IMG/VR virus record: IMGVR_UViG_3300020554_000012
Coordinates: 1 to 45,766 of that record
Source: a virus
Taxonomy: Duplodnaviria; Caudoviricetes
Reading direction: 5' to 3' (one strand)
DNA: 45,766 nt
The position numbers and the translations under genes are program-made. Below are positions 1 to 8,861 of the stretch, one piece after another (position 1 is the first letter of the stretch; each line of letters opens with the position of its first letter). A model generated the notes under the pieces. It was not told the origin of the DNA. It did not search any database and worked only from the letters and a program-made list of their open reading frames with translations.

Positions 1-65
1 ACACCGGAATTGTGTACAACATTATGGACATAGAAGGAGCATACGATGACATCGAAACGGTTGAG
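1..65. repeat. Terminal overlap with 45702-45766 (circular assembly redundancy)
   Basis: 1-50 is identical to 45702-45751; the last 15 nt differ at positions 51, 58, 59 and 62. Confidence 0.95.
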
Positions 66-1694
66 AGACCTATCATGGGTCGAGAGACTAGCGTTCAAGT
101 TGCGACACCTAAAGCGCTCCCGGATTACGCTGATGCGCTGGCGAAACTACCGCAAGATGCGCTCAATCTCGCGCTCGCGGAACCGAAGGTTGGTCCAGAT
201 GGAAATCGCTCAGAGGCTAGGTATAAATTACTATGCGAGCTCTTCCGACTGGAGGGACTTATCACTCAAGAGGAGGCTCTCTCGATTGCGTGGAATGCAC
301 CGGCATCCCGCAAGTGGAAGGAAGAGGACCCTCGGGGCATCGAGGGACTAATCGCCGAAGCGAGCAAGGCTTACGGTGAAATCCAGTGGGAGAGGGGCGA
401 GGGTAGGGAAGCGCCAGAGCTAGACACCACGGAGAGTAATCCTGACCTGCTAGAAGACGACGAACGTGAGGCACTGAAGCACCATAGAACCTGGGTTGAT
501 CACTACATGGATTGGTCTGGGCGCAAGGTGGCCAAGCAGAACCCACCCTACGATCGCATCAATGCCTGGACCGTACTATCGTGCGCATTCTCCGACATGG
601 CATTTATTCCCAGGAAGAACGGACCGGAGGGACTCAACCTGTACACGATGACACTGGGCGAGACCACGACCGGTAAGTCGCAGTCACTCAAGATGATGCG
701 CACGGTGCTCGATGAGGTGTTCGCGGAGGACTTGGGCTACAACTTGGGCGGTAACGCTAGCCCCAACGCGCTAGGAGAGAAGCTGCTGGAGCGCGACGGC
801 AAGGTATCGCTGTTCAACAAGGACGAGGCGCACGGTCTGTTCAAGCAGTGGGCCACACAAGAGTGGACAACCGGCATGATGGAAGACTTGGCCCTGTTAT
901 ACGACGGCACGGTGCCACCTATGCTGCGCGTTGGTAAAAAAGAAATGGCCAAGCCAGCTAAGACACAGTTCGTTATGCACCTAATGGGCACACCGGAAGA
1001 GATTGCTCGCAGTCTCAACCGCGAGATGTTCAAGTCCGGTTTCCTGGCGCGATTCATGTGGTCGATTGGCGAGCCACGCACGCTCACCAAGGATGCGGTA
1101 ATCGAAGAGGACTCTGACGGTACCGAAATTCGCCTGGGCTTCGAGCCCATGGCTCGCCAGTGGGGCGCAGAGTTTGCGGAAATAAAAAGGCAACTCCGCA
1201 GTGAGGTCAGCTCGGGCAGGGTTTCGATTGGTATCACTAAGCAGGCCGCTGATCGGATGACTCAAGTGAAGTGGAAGCTGAATAACTTGGTCAAGGTGTC
1301 TGACCCCAACTGGGACATCATCAATCCGTCTCTCGTACGCATGGGCGTGACTATCCGTAAATGCGCCACCCTGCTAGCCGTATCGGACGGGCGCAAAGAG
1401 ACCGAGCTAATCGATGTACTCAAGGCCATTGAGGCAGCCGAGGAATGGGTAAAGAACCTACTGATTGTAGCCAGGAAGATTAATGCCAGCGACTTCGAGC
1501 GTTCATGCGACGAGGTGGAAGCATTCGTGCGCAGTAAGGACGACAGGGTGAAGCTCGAGTTCGTGAACCGACGTTTCAAAGCGTGGCGCGTTAGGGATTT
1601 ACACGAAGCAATCAGTGCACTAGCATCACAAGGTAGAATTAGAGAAGTACTAGAATCGGGCAGCAAATGGTTAGCAATCAACAAGAAGGATTAG
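1..1694 (+). CDS. C-terminal part of primase-helicase (P-loop ATPase domain); the gene starts at 45170 and runs through the circular junction, about 741 aa in total
   Basis: Walker A GETTTGKS, Walker B-like FNKDEAH and SGFLARF motif. Frame is continuous with 45170-45701 via the end overlap. Confidence 0.85.
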   Translation, partial: TGIVYNIMDIEGAYDDIETVERPIMGRETSVQVATPKALPDYADALAKLPQDALNLALAEPKVGPDGNRSEARYKLLCELFRLEGLITQEEALSIAWNAPASRKWKEEDPRGIEGLIAEASKAYGEIQWERGEGREAPELDTTESNPDLLEDDEREALKHHRTWVDHYMDWSGRKVAKQNPPYDRINAWTVLSCAFSDMAFIPRKNGPEGLNLYTMTLGETTTGKSQSLKMMRTVLDEVFAEDLGYNLGGNASPNALGEKLLERDGKVSLFNKDEAHGLFKQWATQEWTTGMMEDLALLYDGTVPPMLRVGKKEMAKPAKTQFVMHLMGTPEEIARSLNREMFKSGFLARFMWSIGEPRTLTKDAVIEEDSDGTEIRLGFEPMARQWGAEFAEIKRQLRSEVSSGRVSIGITKQAADRMTQVKWKLNNLVKVSDPNWDIINPSLVRMGVTIRKCATLLAVSDGRKETELIDVLKAIEAAEEWVKNLLIVARKINASDFERSCDEVEAFVRSKDDRVKLEFVNRRFKAWRVRDLHEAISALASQGRIREVLESGSKWLAINKKD

Positions 1695-1698
1695 AAGA

Positions 1699-2022
1699 AT
1701 GGCCGACGATAACTATAGAATTCCGGCAGGAGCCAGAGCCGCTGCTAAACGAGCTTTGGCGTGGATCAAGGAAGGCAAAGCCGGTAAAGGTTTTACGGAT
1801 GTGGGACGCGCTCGTGCCGCTCAGCTCGCGCGGGGTGGCAACGTTTCTCGAGATGTGGCGGTTAAGATGCGTAGTTATTTTGCGCGCCATGAAGTCGATA
1901 AGAAAGCTGAAGGGTTCCGTGCGAACCAAGATGGATATCCTTCACCTGGTCGTGTCGCTTGGGATGCTTGGGGCGGAGACGCTGGACGTTCGTGGGTCAA
2001 CGGACTAAGCCTTGATGACTAA
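1699..2022 (+). CDS. Stand-alone 'AWDAWGGDAG' phage domain protein
   Basis: Motifs G.ARA.QLA, MRSYFARH and YPSPGRVAWDAWGGDAG. I recall this domain as usually fused to phage portal/prohead proteins. Confidence 0.75.
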   Translation: MADDNYRIPAGARAAAKRALAWIKEGKAGKGFTDVGRARAAQLARGGNVSRDVAVKMRSYFARHEVDKKAEGFRANQDGYPSPGRVAWDAWGGDAGRSWVNGLSLDD

Positions 2023-2335
2023 CGTATTGCCACTGCCCATATACCCGTCAATGCCGACAGGTGACGATCTGGCGATGCTAAAAGAAGCGAAGGCCAAAGT
2101 GGATACCGACATTATGATTCAGCCTGTAAGAGCGGTACGCGGCTCGCCAGGTAGGGTTATCGCACTACGCGAAAGACCGGATTGGATATGTGATTACGCA
2201 TACATACCCAATCCTAACCAACAGTTAATGAAGGAGGCGTTGGAATGGGCGCTTGGTTTAACGGAAGATTCACGAGCTTTCACCGTGGTTCGAATGCTCA
2301 AGGAGATATTCGGGGACGGGACAAAAGAATTGTGA
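2015..2335 (+). CDS. Hypothetical protein
   Basis: Operon-like overlaps with both neighbours; ATG at 2015. Confidence 0.65.
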   Translation: MTNVLPLPIYPSMPTGDDLAMLKEAKAKVDTDIMIQPVRAVRGSPGRVIALRERPDWICDYAYIPNPNQQLMKEALEWALGLTEDSRAFTVVRMLKEIFGDGTKEL

Positions 2336-2508
2336 TTGGCGGCAGGGTACGCATTTTAGATACCGCAGAATGCAGCCCTTACTGGCATGATAGAAGAGGC
2401 ACCGTAATAGATACTGTGCAGGACGACGGGAGATTCTATTGGGAAGTTCAGATAGACGACCACGCTGTACCTGTGCCGTTTGTAGAACACGAGATGGAGA
2501 TACTGTAA
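2332..2508 (+). CDS. Small SH3/KOW-like hypothetical protein
   Basis: GTGA overlap at the start and TAATG at the end; IGGRVRI...GTVI...Y.V..D...F.EHEM pattern. Confidence 0.6.
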   Translation: MIGGRVRILDTAECSPYWHDRRGTVIDTVQDDGRFYWEVQIDDHAVPVPFVEHEMEIL

Positions 2509-3020
2509 TGAAAGATAACCTGTTTGAAACTGAAGTAGATCGCGCACGCAGAGAAAGATATGAGCAGCAGGAGGCCAAGCGAGCCCCCAAGATTCAGGTG
2601 GACCAGGCGTTCACCCTCAATGCGTGGCTGATTGGTGTGGCGATTGCGTTCATATCATCCGCCATCGTATCGTTCAACGGCATCACCTCGGTGGCCGTAT
2701 TCGTTGGCCTATCCGTGGAGTGGATGGCTTACCTGTTCTTCTTCTTCATCGAGCTTATGTACCTGCTGTTCCTGGTGGCGTACCTTATCCTCGAGTCGAG
2801 AGAGAACGAGGATAGTCGTGGCGCTCTAGTGGGCATGATTTTCTTTGCCGCGATTGCCGTGCTGGCTAATGGATTCCACACCGCCGATTACTGGGAGTGG
2901 GACTTTACGGAGCCACGCGCATGGGCTGGTGTAATCCTTTCCGTATCCGCACCTATCGCAATTATTTCCGCATCCAAGATGGCTAGCCGCGTTATTTTTG
3001 CTAAAGCACTGGTAGTGTAG
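2508..3020 (+). CDS. Four-TM membrane protein (DUF2637-like)
   Basis: Four hydrophobic segments; TAATG-coupled start at 2508. Confidence 0.7.
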   Translation: MKDNLFETEVDRARRERYEQQEAKRAPKIQVDQAFTLNAWLIGVAIAFISSAIVSFNGITSVAVFVGLSVEWMAYLFFFFIELMYLLFLVAYLILESRENEDSRGALVGMIFFAAIAVLANGFHTADYWEWDFTEPRAWAGVILSVSAPIAIISASKMASRVIFAKALVV

Positions 3021-3025
3021 CGTCC

Positions 3026-3544
3026 ATGAGTGTTGACTACTACATGGCCATTGACCCCGGTAAAGCTACAGGGGTCGCCATTGGCCGTGTCACCGACGAG
3101 AGGGCGATGGACGTAATATATACGGCCATCATCCCCGGCGGTGCCAAGGGACTGATTGATTGGCTCGAGCTGACCAGAGACGGTAAGAACATTACCGAGC
3201 TGGACTGCATGGCTTACTTTCCCGGCGAGTATGACAACATTGATTATCACCTTGACGTTATATGCGAGACATTTCAACTAAGGGGTGGTAGATTTACACC
3301 AGACCTAGAGCCGCTTCGAATTGAGGGAGTACTCATGGACAGGTTCGGATCAGTTGTTCACTGGCAATCACCAGCGGACAAGAGCCTTGTCGGTGATGCT
3401 TTCCTCAAGGAGAACGACCTCTGGCTCACCGGAAGAGATGTGTCGCACGAAGATGGGCGGGACGCTAACGATGCCTTGCTGCACCTGTTTGCTTTCGCCA
3501 TGAAGCTGCGCCACATGCCAACACTAGAAGCATATTGGAGGTAA
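3026..3544 (+). CDS. RuvC-like Holliday junction resolvase/nuclease
   Basis: AIDPGKATG, VICE and DANDA..H acidic RNase H-fold motifs typical of actinophage RuvC-like proteins. Confidence 0.75.
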   Translation: MSVDYYMAIDPGKATGVAIGRVTDERAMDVIYTAIIPGGAKGLIDWLELTRDGKNITELDCMAYFPGEYDNIDYHLDVICETFQLRGGRFTPDLEPLRIEGVLMDRFGSVVHWQSPADKSLVGDAFLKENDLWLTGRDVSHEDGRDANDALLHLFAFAMKLRHMPTLEAYWR

Positions 3545-3545
3545 A

Positions 3546-3719
3546 GTGGCACCGTACTATATTGCGCCAGACAGGCCAGGATGCGAAAGCGGATGGGCCG
3601 TCGTTAAAAAAGATGGCGAAGTCATCAACTGTAAAGATACCAAGAACGAAGCCATTCGGCAGATGGTTGCCATGAGTATCGCCGAGGGCATTGAGCCAGG
3701 AGGAGAGTGGGAAGGATGA
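3546..3719 (+). CDS. 57-aa 'PYYI...GWAVVKKDGEVINC...QMVAMSIAEGIEPGGE' module protein (not in ORF track)
   Basis: GTG at 3546 after GGAGG, TGA at 3717-3719, ATGA overlap with the next gene. Confidence 0.75.
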   Translation: MAPYYIAPDRPGCESGWAVVKKDGEVINCKDTKNEAIRQMVAMSIAEGIEPGGEWEG

Positions 3720-3910
3720 TTAAAAAAATTGAAGAGGCTTGGACCGAGTACCAGTTCGGCAAGATGATTGACCCCGTGCACAGATACGAGCACGATGACA
3801 AGGCAATCTTCACCGCAGGCTGGGAAGCGGGACAAAAGAAACCGACAAACACTCAAAGAGAGTCGGTCTGGGTCTCCGTCCCTATCGCACCAGACGTTGA
3901 CCCCGAGTAG
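3716..3910 (+). CDS. Hypothetical protein
   Basis: ATGA-coupled start; F.AGWEA motif; followed by a terminator. Confidence 0.6.
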   Translation: MIKKIEEAWTEYQFGKMIDPVHRYEHDDKAIFTAGWEAGQKKPTNTQRESVWVSVPIAPDVDPE

Positions 3911-3924
3911 CCAAACAGGGAAAC

Positions 3925-3956
3925 GAAAAGGCCCGGGTTAATTCCCGGGCCTTTTC
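3925..3956. terminator. Bidirectional intrinsic terminator between convergent arms
   Basis: GAAAAGGCCCGGG-TTAATT-CCCGGGCCTTTTC perfect hairpin with T/A tracts on both sides. Confidence 0.9.
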
Positions 3957-3972
3957 TGTTGTATCGGATCAC

Positions 3973-4185
3973 CTACCCTTCTTTACTTGGCTCCTTGTCA
4001 TAAGTAAGAACTGAGGTGAGTAATGACATGACTCCGGCTAGAGCCGCAACGCCGACGGCTTGACCGAAGTCAACGTCAACGATGCTGAGTGCGGAGCTCG
4101 CGGTAATAAAAGCGATGAGGGTCTGTGCTACCGTTTTGATTGCACGTTCTGTGCCATAGGCGTGGAAACGCTTGAGCTTATCCAT
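3973..4185 (-). CDS. Holin, r1t family
   Basis: ERAIKTVAQT...LAGVMSLLTSV two-TM pattern; AAGGAG RBS before ATG 4185. Confidence 0.85.
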   Translation of the reverse strand: MDKLKRFHAYGTERAIKTVAQTLIAFITASSALSIVDVDFGQAVGVAALAGVMSLLTSVLTYDKEPSKEG

Positions 4186-4405
4186 CTGGATTTTCTCCTT
4201 TATGTTTATGTATCTGGGTATCTTCGTATGCTGCAAACCCAGTATACGCGGTAAGTATTACAGTGATGAGGCCAACGCCACCGATGACCATCTGCGACCC
4301 AATCTGCGTGTCGCTGGGATAAGTGATGGCACCAAAGATAACCATGCCGGCACCGAGGATATACGATGCGTAGATTAGCCTGCGTCTGTGCTTCCAACTA
4401 GGCAT
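4178..4405 (-). CDS. Two-TM membrane protein, lysis-associated
   Basis: PSWKHRRRLI...AYTGFAAYED; two TM helices; directly upstream of the holin. Confidence 0.75.
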   Translation of the reverse strand: MPSWKHRRRLIYASYILGAGMVIFGAITYPSDTQIGSQMVIGGVGLITVILTAYTGFAAYEDTQIHKHKGENPDG

Positions 4406-4417
4406 CTGGTCGGGTTT

Positions 4418-4471
4418 CTATTGTACTTTTGGGCAGGTGTTGCACCTGGGGTCGCAGTCGCAACACCTCAT
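4418..4471 (-). CDS. Putative 17-aa Cys-rich micropeptide MRCCDCDPRCNTCPKVQ
   Basis: ATGA overlap with the upstream peptide; 5 Cys in 17 aa; very short, so uncertain. Confidence 0.35.
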   Translation of the reverse strand: MRCCDCDPRCNTCPKVQ

Positions 4472-4548
4472 TGACATGAATCGCAATTCAGCGCCTCCAT
4501 TGGATCGACCGGACAAGCTACACCATCTACGAGTTCATATTCATTCAT
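4468..4548 (-). CDS. 26-aa peptide MNEYELVDGVACPVDPMEALNCDSCQ
   Basis: Extended -10 TGGTAAAAT 6 nt before the ATG; C-terminal CDSCQ motif. Confidence 0.7.
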   Translation of the reverse strand: MNEYELVDGVACPVDPMEALNCDSCQ

Positions 4549-4604
4549 TACCCTATTTTACCACCGCACCGTGTTAGACTTGGGCAACATTACTGGAGGA
4601 TTCT

Positions 4605-5336
4605 GTGAAGATACTGCACCTCGACCTAGAAACAAGCCCAATTACCGCACATACATGGGGCTTGTGGCAACAGAATATTTCACTTAAACAAATACTTCAA
4701 TCTACTGAGGTCATGTGTTTCGGAGCGCGCTGGAATCATAGCAAAAAAGTAATCTTCAAATCAATTCACCACGATGGCAAGCCCGAGATGCTGAAAGAGC
4801 TGCACGCCTTGATGGACGAGGCTGACGCTATCGTCGGCTGGAACTCTAAGGGCTTCGATCACAAGCACATTCGTCGGGAGTTTCTCGAGGCTGGAATGCT
4901 ACCGCCATCACCGACCGCAGACATCGACCTGATGCTCGAGGTCAAGCGTAACTTCAGGTTCCCCTCCAACAAGCTGGACTACGTGGCCCAGACCCTTGGC
5001 GTTGGTGCCAAAGTGGAGCACAGTGGGTTCGACCTGTGGATTAAATGTATGGCCGGTAACGACAAGGCGTGGGCAGAAATGAAGCGCTACCAGATTCAGG
5101 ACGTCAACCTACTGGTGGAGCTATACGACAAGCTTCTGCCTTGGATTAAGATGCCTAGTGTCGCAGCGCACGATCTGGTGGAGGATGGCTGCACGAACTG
5201 TGGCTCTACCAATATTCATTCGCGTGGCATGAACGCTACTAACACCGGGAACTACCGCAGATACCAGTGTGTGGACTGCGGGACGTGGATGCGTGGCTCG
5301 AAGAGAGAGACTTCTACCTCCATGAGGAAGTTATGA
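4605..5336 (+). CDS. RNase H-like (DnaQ/PolB-type) 3'-5' exonuclease with C-terminal Zn ribbon
   Basis: LDLETSP, WNSKGFD, KLDYVA and Y.IQDV Exo motifs; CTNC...CVDC ribbon; GGAGG RBS. Confidence 0.85.
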   Translation: MKILHLDLETSPITAHTWGLWQQNISLKQILQSTEVMCFGARWNHSKKVIFKSIHHDGKPEMLKELHALMDEADAIVGWNSKGFDHKHIRREFLEAGMLPPSPTADIDLMLEVKRNFRFPSNKLDYVAQTLGVGAKVEHSGFDLWIKCMAGNDKAWAEMKRYQIQDVNLLVELYDKLLPWIKMPSVAAHDLVEDGCTNCGSTNIHSRGMNATNTGNYRRYQCVDCGTWMRGSKRETSTSMRKL

Positions 5337-5551
5337 AAACCTGCTTTACCTCCGAAGAGTTCGATGAGGTCGAAAACAACGCTTATCTGGTTGGCATAAC
5401 GGTTGGCACTACTACTGAGCGTGCGCGGATTATTGATTTATTGAAACTAGAAGCATCGGAATGGCTGTCGCATGACGGTGGATGCGACTGCGCAATTCGG
5501 GGCGAAGAGGTTTTCAGGCTAATATCTCTTATTGAGGGAAAGAAGCCGTGA
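5333..5551 (+). CDS. Hypothetical protein
   Basis: ATGA overlap; ERARII.LL motif common in small phage proteins. Confidence 0.6.
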   Translation: MKTCFTSEEFDEVENNAYLVGITVGTTTERARIIDLLKLEASEWLSHDGGCDCAIRGEEVFRLISLIEGKKP

Positions 5552-5790
5552 GCACCAAAACCTACAATGCCCTCCAGGAAGCCATCACAGCCCACGTGGC
5601 GAGCGAACTAGACGTCTCCGTGGTGGTAATAAGGGACTGGGTTCTGGTGGCCTCACCGAGCGACCTACAGGACGTAGAGGGGCTTGAGAATATCGTGGTA
5701 CACCGCTCCGCCCACACTCCATTGTATGCCGTTACGGGCCTACTACAGTGGGGCTCGGAGACAATGGCCCCTGCCGAGTTCTTTGACTAA
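5548..5790 (+). CDS. Hypothetical actinophage protein (paralogue of 39140 and 40420)
   Basis: DWVLVAS...P.YAVTGLL motif. Confidence 0.7.
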   Translation: MSTKTYNALQEAITAHVASELDVSVVVIRDWVLVASPSDLQDVEGLENIVVHRSAHTPLYAVTGLLQWGSETMAPAEFFD

Positions 5791-6050
5791 CCAATCATCT
5801 TAATAATCACTGGCATTCCCGCAGCGACAAAGCCGGCGACCGCCATGATTTGCCAAACGCGCATCTCCACCTTGCGGATTCGTGCCTCGTGATCGGCAAA
5901 AATCTTAGCGGTATCGCGTTCGTGCTCTTCAAGTCTTTGGGTTGTGGTCGGTAGATTCTCAGCCAGTCTCTCGAGTAGCGACTTCATCTCCTGGACCTGT
6001 GTGTACACGTCCTTCAATGTAATCCTTAATGATGGTTCGGTGTCTGCCAT
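5787..6050 (-). CDS. Coiled-coil protein with C-terminal TM helix, lysis-associated
   Basis: DHEARIRKVE coil followed by a hydrophobic C-terminus. Confidence 0.75.
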   Translation of the reverse strand: MADTEPSLRITLKDVYTQVQEMKSLLERLAENLPTTTQRLEEHERDTAKIFADHEARIRKVEMRVWQIMAVAGFVAAGMPVIIKMIG

Positions 6051-6238
6051 TACAGTGTTCCGTCTTCAATCTTTTGATAGATTTCTTCAATGCTTAAATC
6101 TCCCCAAAGCTCGGCCGCCATTGCCTGCTTTTCCGGCCAGGTAAGGTCTTGGCCAGACTCGGGCAGGCACTCGAACATGTCCGTGAAGATTTGATTGACC
6201 AGTACTAACTGATTGTGCAAGTCTTTAAGTAGCATCAC
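6050..6238 (-). CDS. Hypothetical protein
   Basis: Coupled to both neighbours. Confidence 0.55.
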   Translation of the reverse strand: MMLLKDLHNQLVLVNQIFTDMFECLPESGQDLTWPEKQAMAAELWGDLSIEEIYQKIEDGTL

Positions 6239-6963
6239 ATTGTCCCATCATTAATTGTGCGCTGAATTGCCGACACGGTGACCGGTCCCCAGACACCATC
6301 GGGCTTTTCGCCAACGTGTTTCTGGACGGCCTTGCGGGTCGCGTCATCGAGGACGCCGGTCTTGGGCGCTCCCACCGACTGCTGAATTGCACGGTATGTC
6401 ATCGGTCCGGGCTTGCCGTCGATAACTCCGGTGTATCCATGGTCCCTAAGAACCTCTTGCCAAGCTTTCCACGTTTCGTTATTAAGTCGGCCCGTAACTT
6501 TGACCGTATTATGTGATGCCGTAGGCGTGTTGCTGGCGTTGAGGTAAGGGATAGGATCGACGTGGCCAGCACTTTGGCTGGTTCGCACCTCGAAGTGTAG
6601 GTGGTTGCCCGTGGACAAGCCGGTGCTTCCGGATCGGTAGATGACATCTCCGGGAACGACGCGCTGACCAATCTTGAGCGGGCTCTTGTACGCGCCGTGG
6701 AAGTATGCTGTATAGCAATCCGATGCGTGCTGAATGATGACGACGTTGCCACCAGACTGCCTGCGCTTGGCGGCCGCACTTAGCGATGCCCAATCGGGAG
6801 AGACGTGCACAACTTTACCCTCGCCAGCTACCAGCACATCGAAGACGCCGCCGTAGTCGATACCACGGTGAAAGGTGCGCTTCTTGCTGATCGGGTGTAC
6901 GCGCCATCCGAAGCCGCTGCGCATCTGCTGACCTGGTGCAGGGTTGGATAGACGATAGAGCAT
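6235..6963 (-). CDS. Endolysin: M23 peptidase plus peptidoglycan-binding repeats
   Basis: HRGID, Y.H and STGNHLHFE motifs; DGKPGPMT and DGVWGPVT PG-binding repeats. Confidence 0.92.
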   Translation of the reverse strand: MLYRLSNPAPGQQMRSGFGWRVHPISKKRTFHRGIDYGGVFDVLVAGEGKVVHVSPDWASLSAAAKRRQSGGNVVIIQHASDCYTAYFHGAYKSPLKIGQRVVPGDVIYRSGSTGLSTGNHLHFEVRTSQSAGHVDPIPYLNASNTPTASHNTVKVTGRLNNETWKAWQEVLRDHGYTGVIDGKPGPMTYRAIQQSVGAPKTGVLDDATRKAVQKHVGEKPDGVWGPVTVSAIQRTINDGTM

Positions 6964-7001
6964 GTATCTATTTTAGCAGAGCGCCCAGCCGGGGCAGGGG
7001 A

Positions 7002-7748
7002 TTAGGCCCAGTTGCCAGAAATTAAATCGCCAGCGTAGGAACCCAACGAATTAAATCTTGTGTAAGAAAGCCTCGTAACTTGATTTGTTCCAGTTGGGTT
7101 AGCGCTAAAAGCAATTTGCGGACGCAGTGTTCCGGCGGTTGAGGTTTCGATAAGGCCGGAAATCCTGAATGATTTAGTTACCGTAGTAGAGGCGGGGCTG
7201 ATAACACCGTTCGCAGCGCTGTTTGGGTTTCCGGTGAATGTTACGTTAGTAGATGACGCGGGCGCTGCGGGAGCAGCCACACCGGTAGAAAACAATGAGT
7301 TGGAAAAGTCTGTAAAATACTGAATCTTGTCGATGCCAGCAGTTCCACCGAAGGCGAATGACACCGTGTGAGACGTGGCACCGGTCCTAAGCCCTACAAA
7401 GATGTCGAAAAGATACGAACTGGACGCCGGCATACTGATGCCAACTCCAAAAATATCGTAAAAAGTGTTAGCGACAACGGTGGCGACAATTGTTCTATCA
7501 TTGTCAAGTCCATAAAAAAGACTGTCATCATTGAAAGCCTTACCCGAAACCGAACTAGAGGTAGTTAGAAAAGTATTTCCGTTATACTCCAGGCTTCCGG
7601 CAACGGGAGAAGTGAGACCCGGACCAGCGGTGAAACGCATTGGAGCGCGATCGGTGGAGCCGGCCGTCATGACCATGGTGCCAGATGAGCTATTAAAAAT
7701 ACTTTGGCCGTTTAGATTCTGATGCGTATTTACTTTAATGGTACTCAT
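7002..7748 (-). CDS. Tail fibre/receptor-binding-associated protein
   Basis: Ser/Thr/Gly-rich beta protein; AG.T..AP....G...P.AG..EY.G motif; located in the tail block. Confidence 0.6.
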   Translation of the reverse strand: MSTIKVNTHQNLNGQSIFNSSSGTMVMTAGSTDRAPMRFTAGPGLTSPVAGSLEYNGNTFLTTSSSVSGKAFNDDSLFYGLDNDRTIVATVVANTFYDIFGVGISMPASSSYLFDIFVGLRTGATSHTVSFAFGGTAGIDKIQYFTDFSNSLFSTGVAAPAAPASSTNVTFTGNPNSAANGVISPASTTVTKSFRISGLIETSTAGTLRPQIAFSANPTGTNQVTRLSYTRFNSLGSYAGDLISGNWA

Positions 7749-7757
7749 TTGTTTCTC

Positions 7758-8861
7758 CTAAAGAACTACCCAAACTGTGTCGCTTGGAATTGTTATGGTG
7801 ACACCGTCATTAACCGTAACCGGACCGACCGTCAATCCATTATACCCCGCGGGTAAAGTTTTGTTAGCCAGATATATCGGGTCGGCAACAATCTTATCGA
7901 ATGTCAGGCTGCTCCACTCGGTGTCGTAGTCGTCTCCGGTTGATTTTGCCAGTACTTGACCGGTAGTCCCACCCGGAACGACCCCCGCCCCGTATCCGGT
8001 TACAGCAGAAGCTACAATGCGACCACGTCCCAAAGTTATCGATTCGGTTCCGCTGTGGTTGGCCACATAAACCGCAACTTCCGAATCGTCGGGGACGTTA
8101 ATAATCCAAGATGTTACAAGCTTGGCCTCCGCGCCAGCCTGACCGGTCGCGGCCCTACACTCAGTTGCGTCTATCTGCGCGCCATCTATTGCCAGTTTGA
8201 TACCCAGTGTTTTATTTGAAGAGCCAACAGAAGCGTCAATCGATGCGTAAAAACGTAGCGTTCGTTCGTGCCCAGAAATATTTTTCAGGGAGAATCCGTC
8301 CGTGCCGACTACCATGTCCAAGTCGGTTGCCGTATCGAGCGTCAGAGTCAGCCCCGTGGATTGATAAACGCCCTGAGTGGCAATTGAAATTGTACCGCTG
8401 GTGGTCTTGGACGCCTGACCCTGCTGGGGGGTGCCGTTCGCAATCGGTCCCTCTGGCCCAACCGGTCCGATGGGGCCCTCAACGCCGCGAAGGCCGTCAG
8501 AAAATCTGTATTTAATAATAAAATCGTAATCGGGGTCGCCGGTTAGGTTGGGCAGATTGAATGTGTTGACTCCGTCGCCATCGCCGTAAAAGGTTCCGGT
8601 TGCGGCAAACAATTGTACATAAACAGTTCTTGAAACCGCCGACCCGTCACACAGGAACCAGTTATCCGGTGGCGCTGTAACCTTGGGCCAGCGAACAATA
8701 ATACCCGGAGCCACGGCAGCAACCGACCTTTCATCAATTTCGATGCGGTAGGTATTGAGTGCGTTTTGTATCGAGGAAGCTTCGGCGGCGCTAATCGCAG
8801 CGGCCGACATTTTGGCGGTGGAGTCTGCGTAATAAATACCGTCAGGAGTAGTTAATGGCAT
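7758..8861 (-). CDS. Tail fibre with collar domain and short collagen-like repeat
   Basis: WFLCDGSAVSRT.Y..LF...G..YG.GDG..TFNLPNL collar; GPIGPVGPEGP; GGTTGQVLAK...DYDTEW. Confidence 0.85.
   Translation of the reverse strand: MPLTTPDGIYYADSTAKMSAAAISAAEASSIQNALNTYRIEIDERSVAAVAPGIIVRWPKVTAPPDNWFLCDGSAVSRTVYVQLFAATGTFYGDGDGVNTFNLPNLTGDPDYDFIIKYRFSDGLRGVEGPIGPVGPEGPIANGTPQQGQASKTTSGTISIATQGVYQSTGLTLTLDTATDLDMVVGTDGFSLKNISGHERTLRFYASIDASVGSSNKTLGIKLAIDGAQIDATECRAATGQAGAEAKLVTSWIINVPDDSEVAVYVANHSGTESITLGRGRIVASAVTGYGAGVVPGGTTGQVLAKSTGDDYDTEWSSLTFDKIVADPIYLANKTLPAGYNGLTVGPVTVNDGVTITIPSDTVWVVL

Noticed and set aside
1-65. End overlap as a true terminal repeat or att site
   Set aside because: It falls mid-gene in the primase-helicase and no integrase is present; typical circular-assembly redundancy.
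12-1694. 560-aa ORF as a complete gene
   Set aside because: The frame continues upstream across the junction to GTG 45170.
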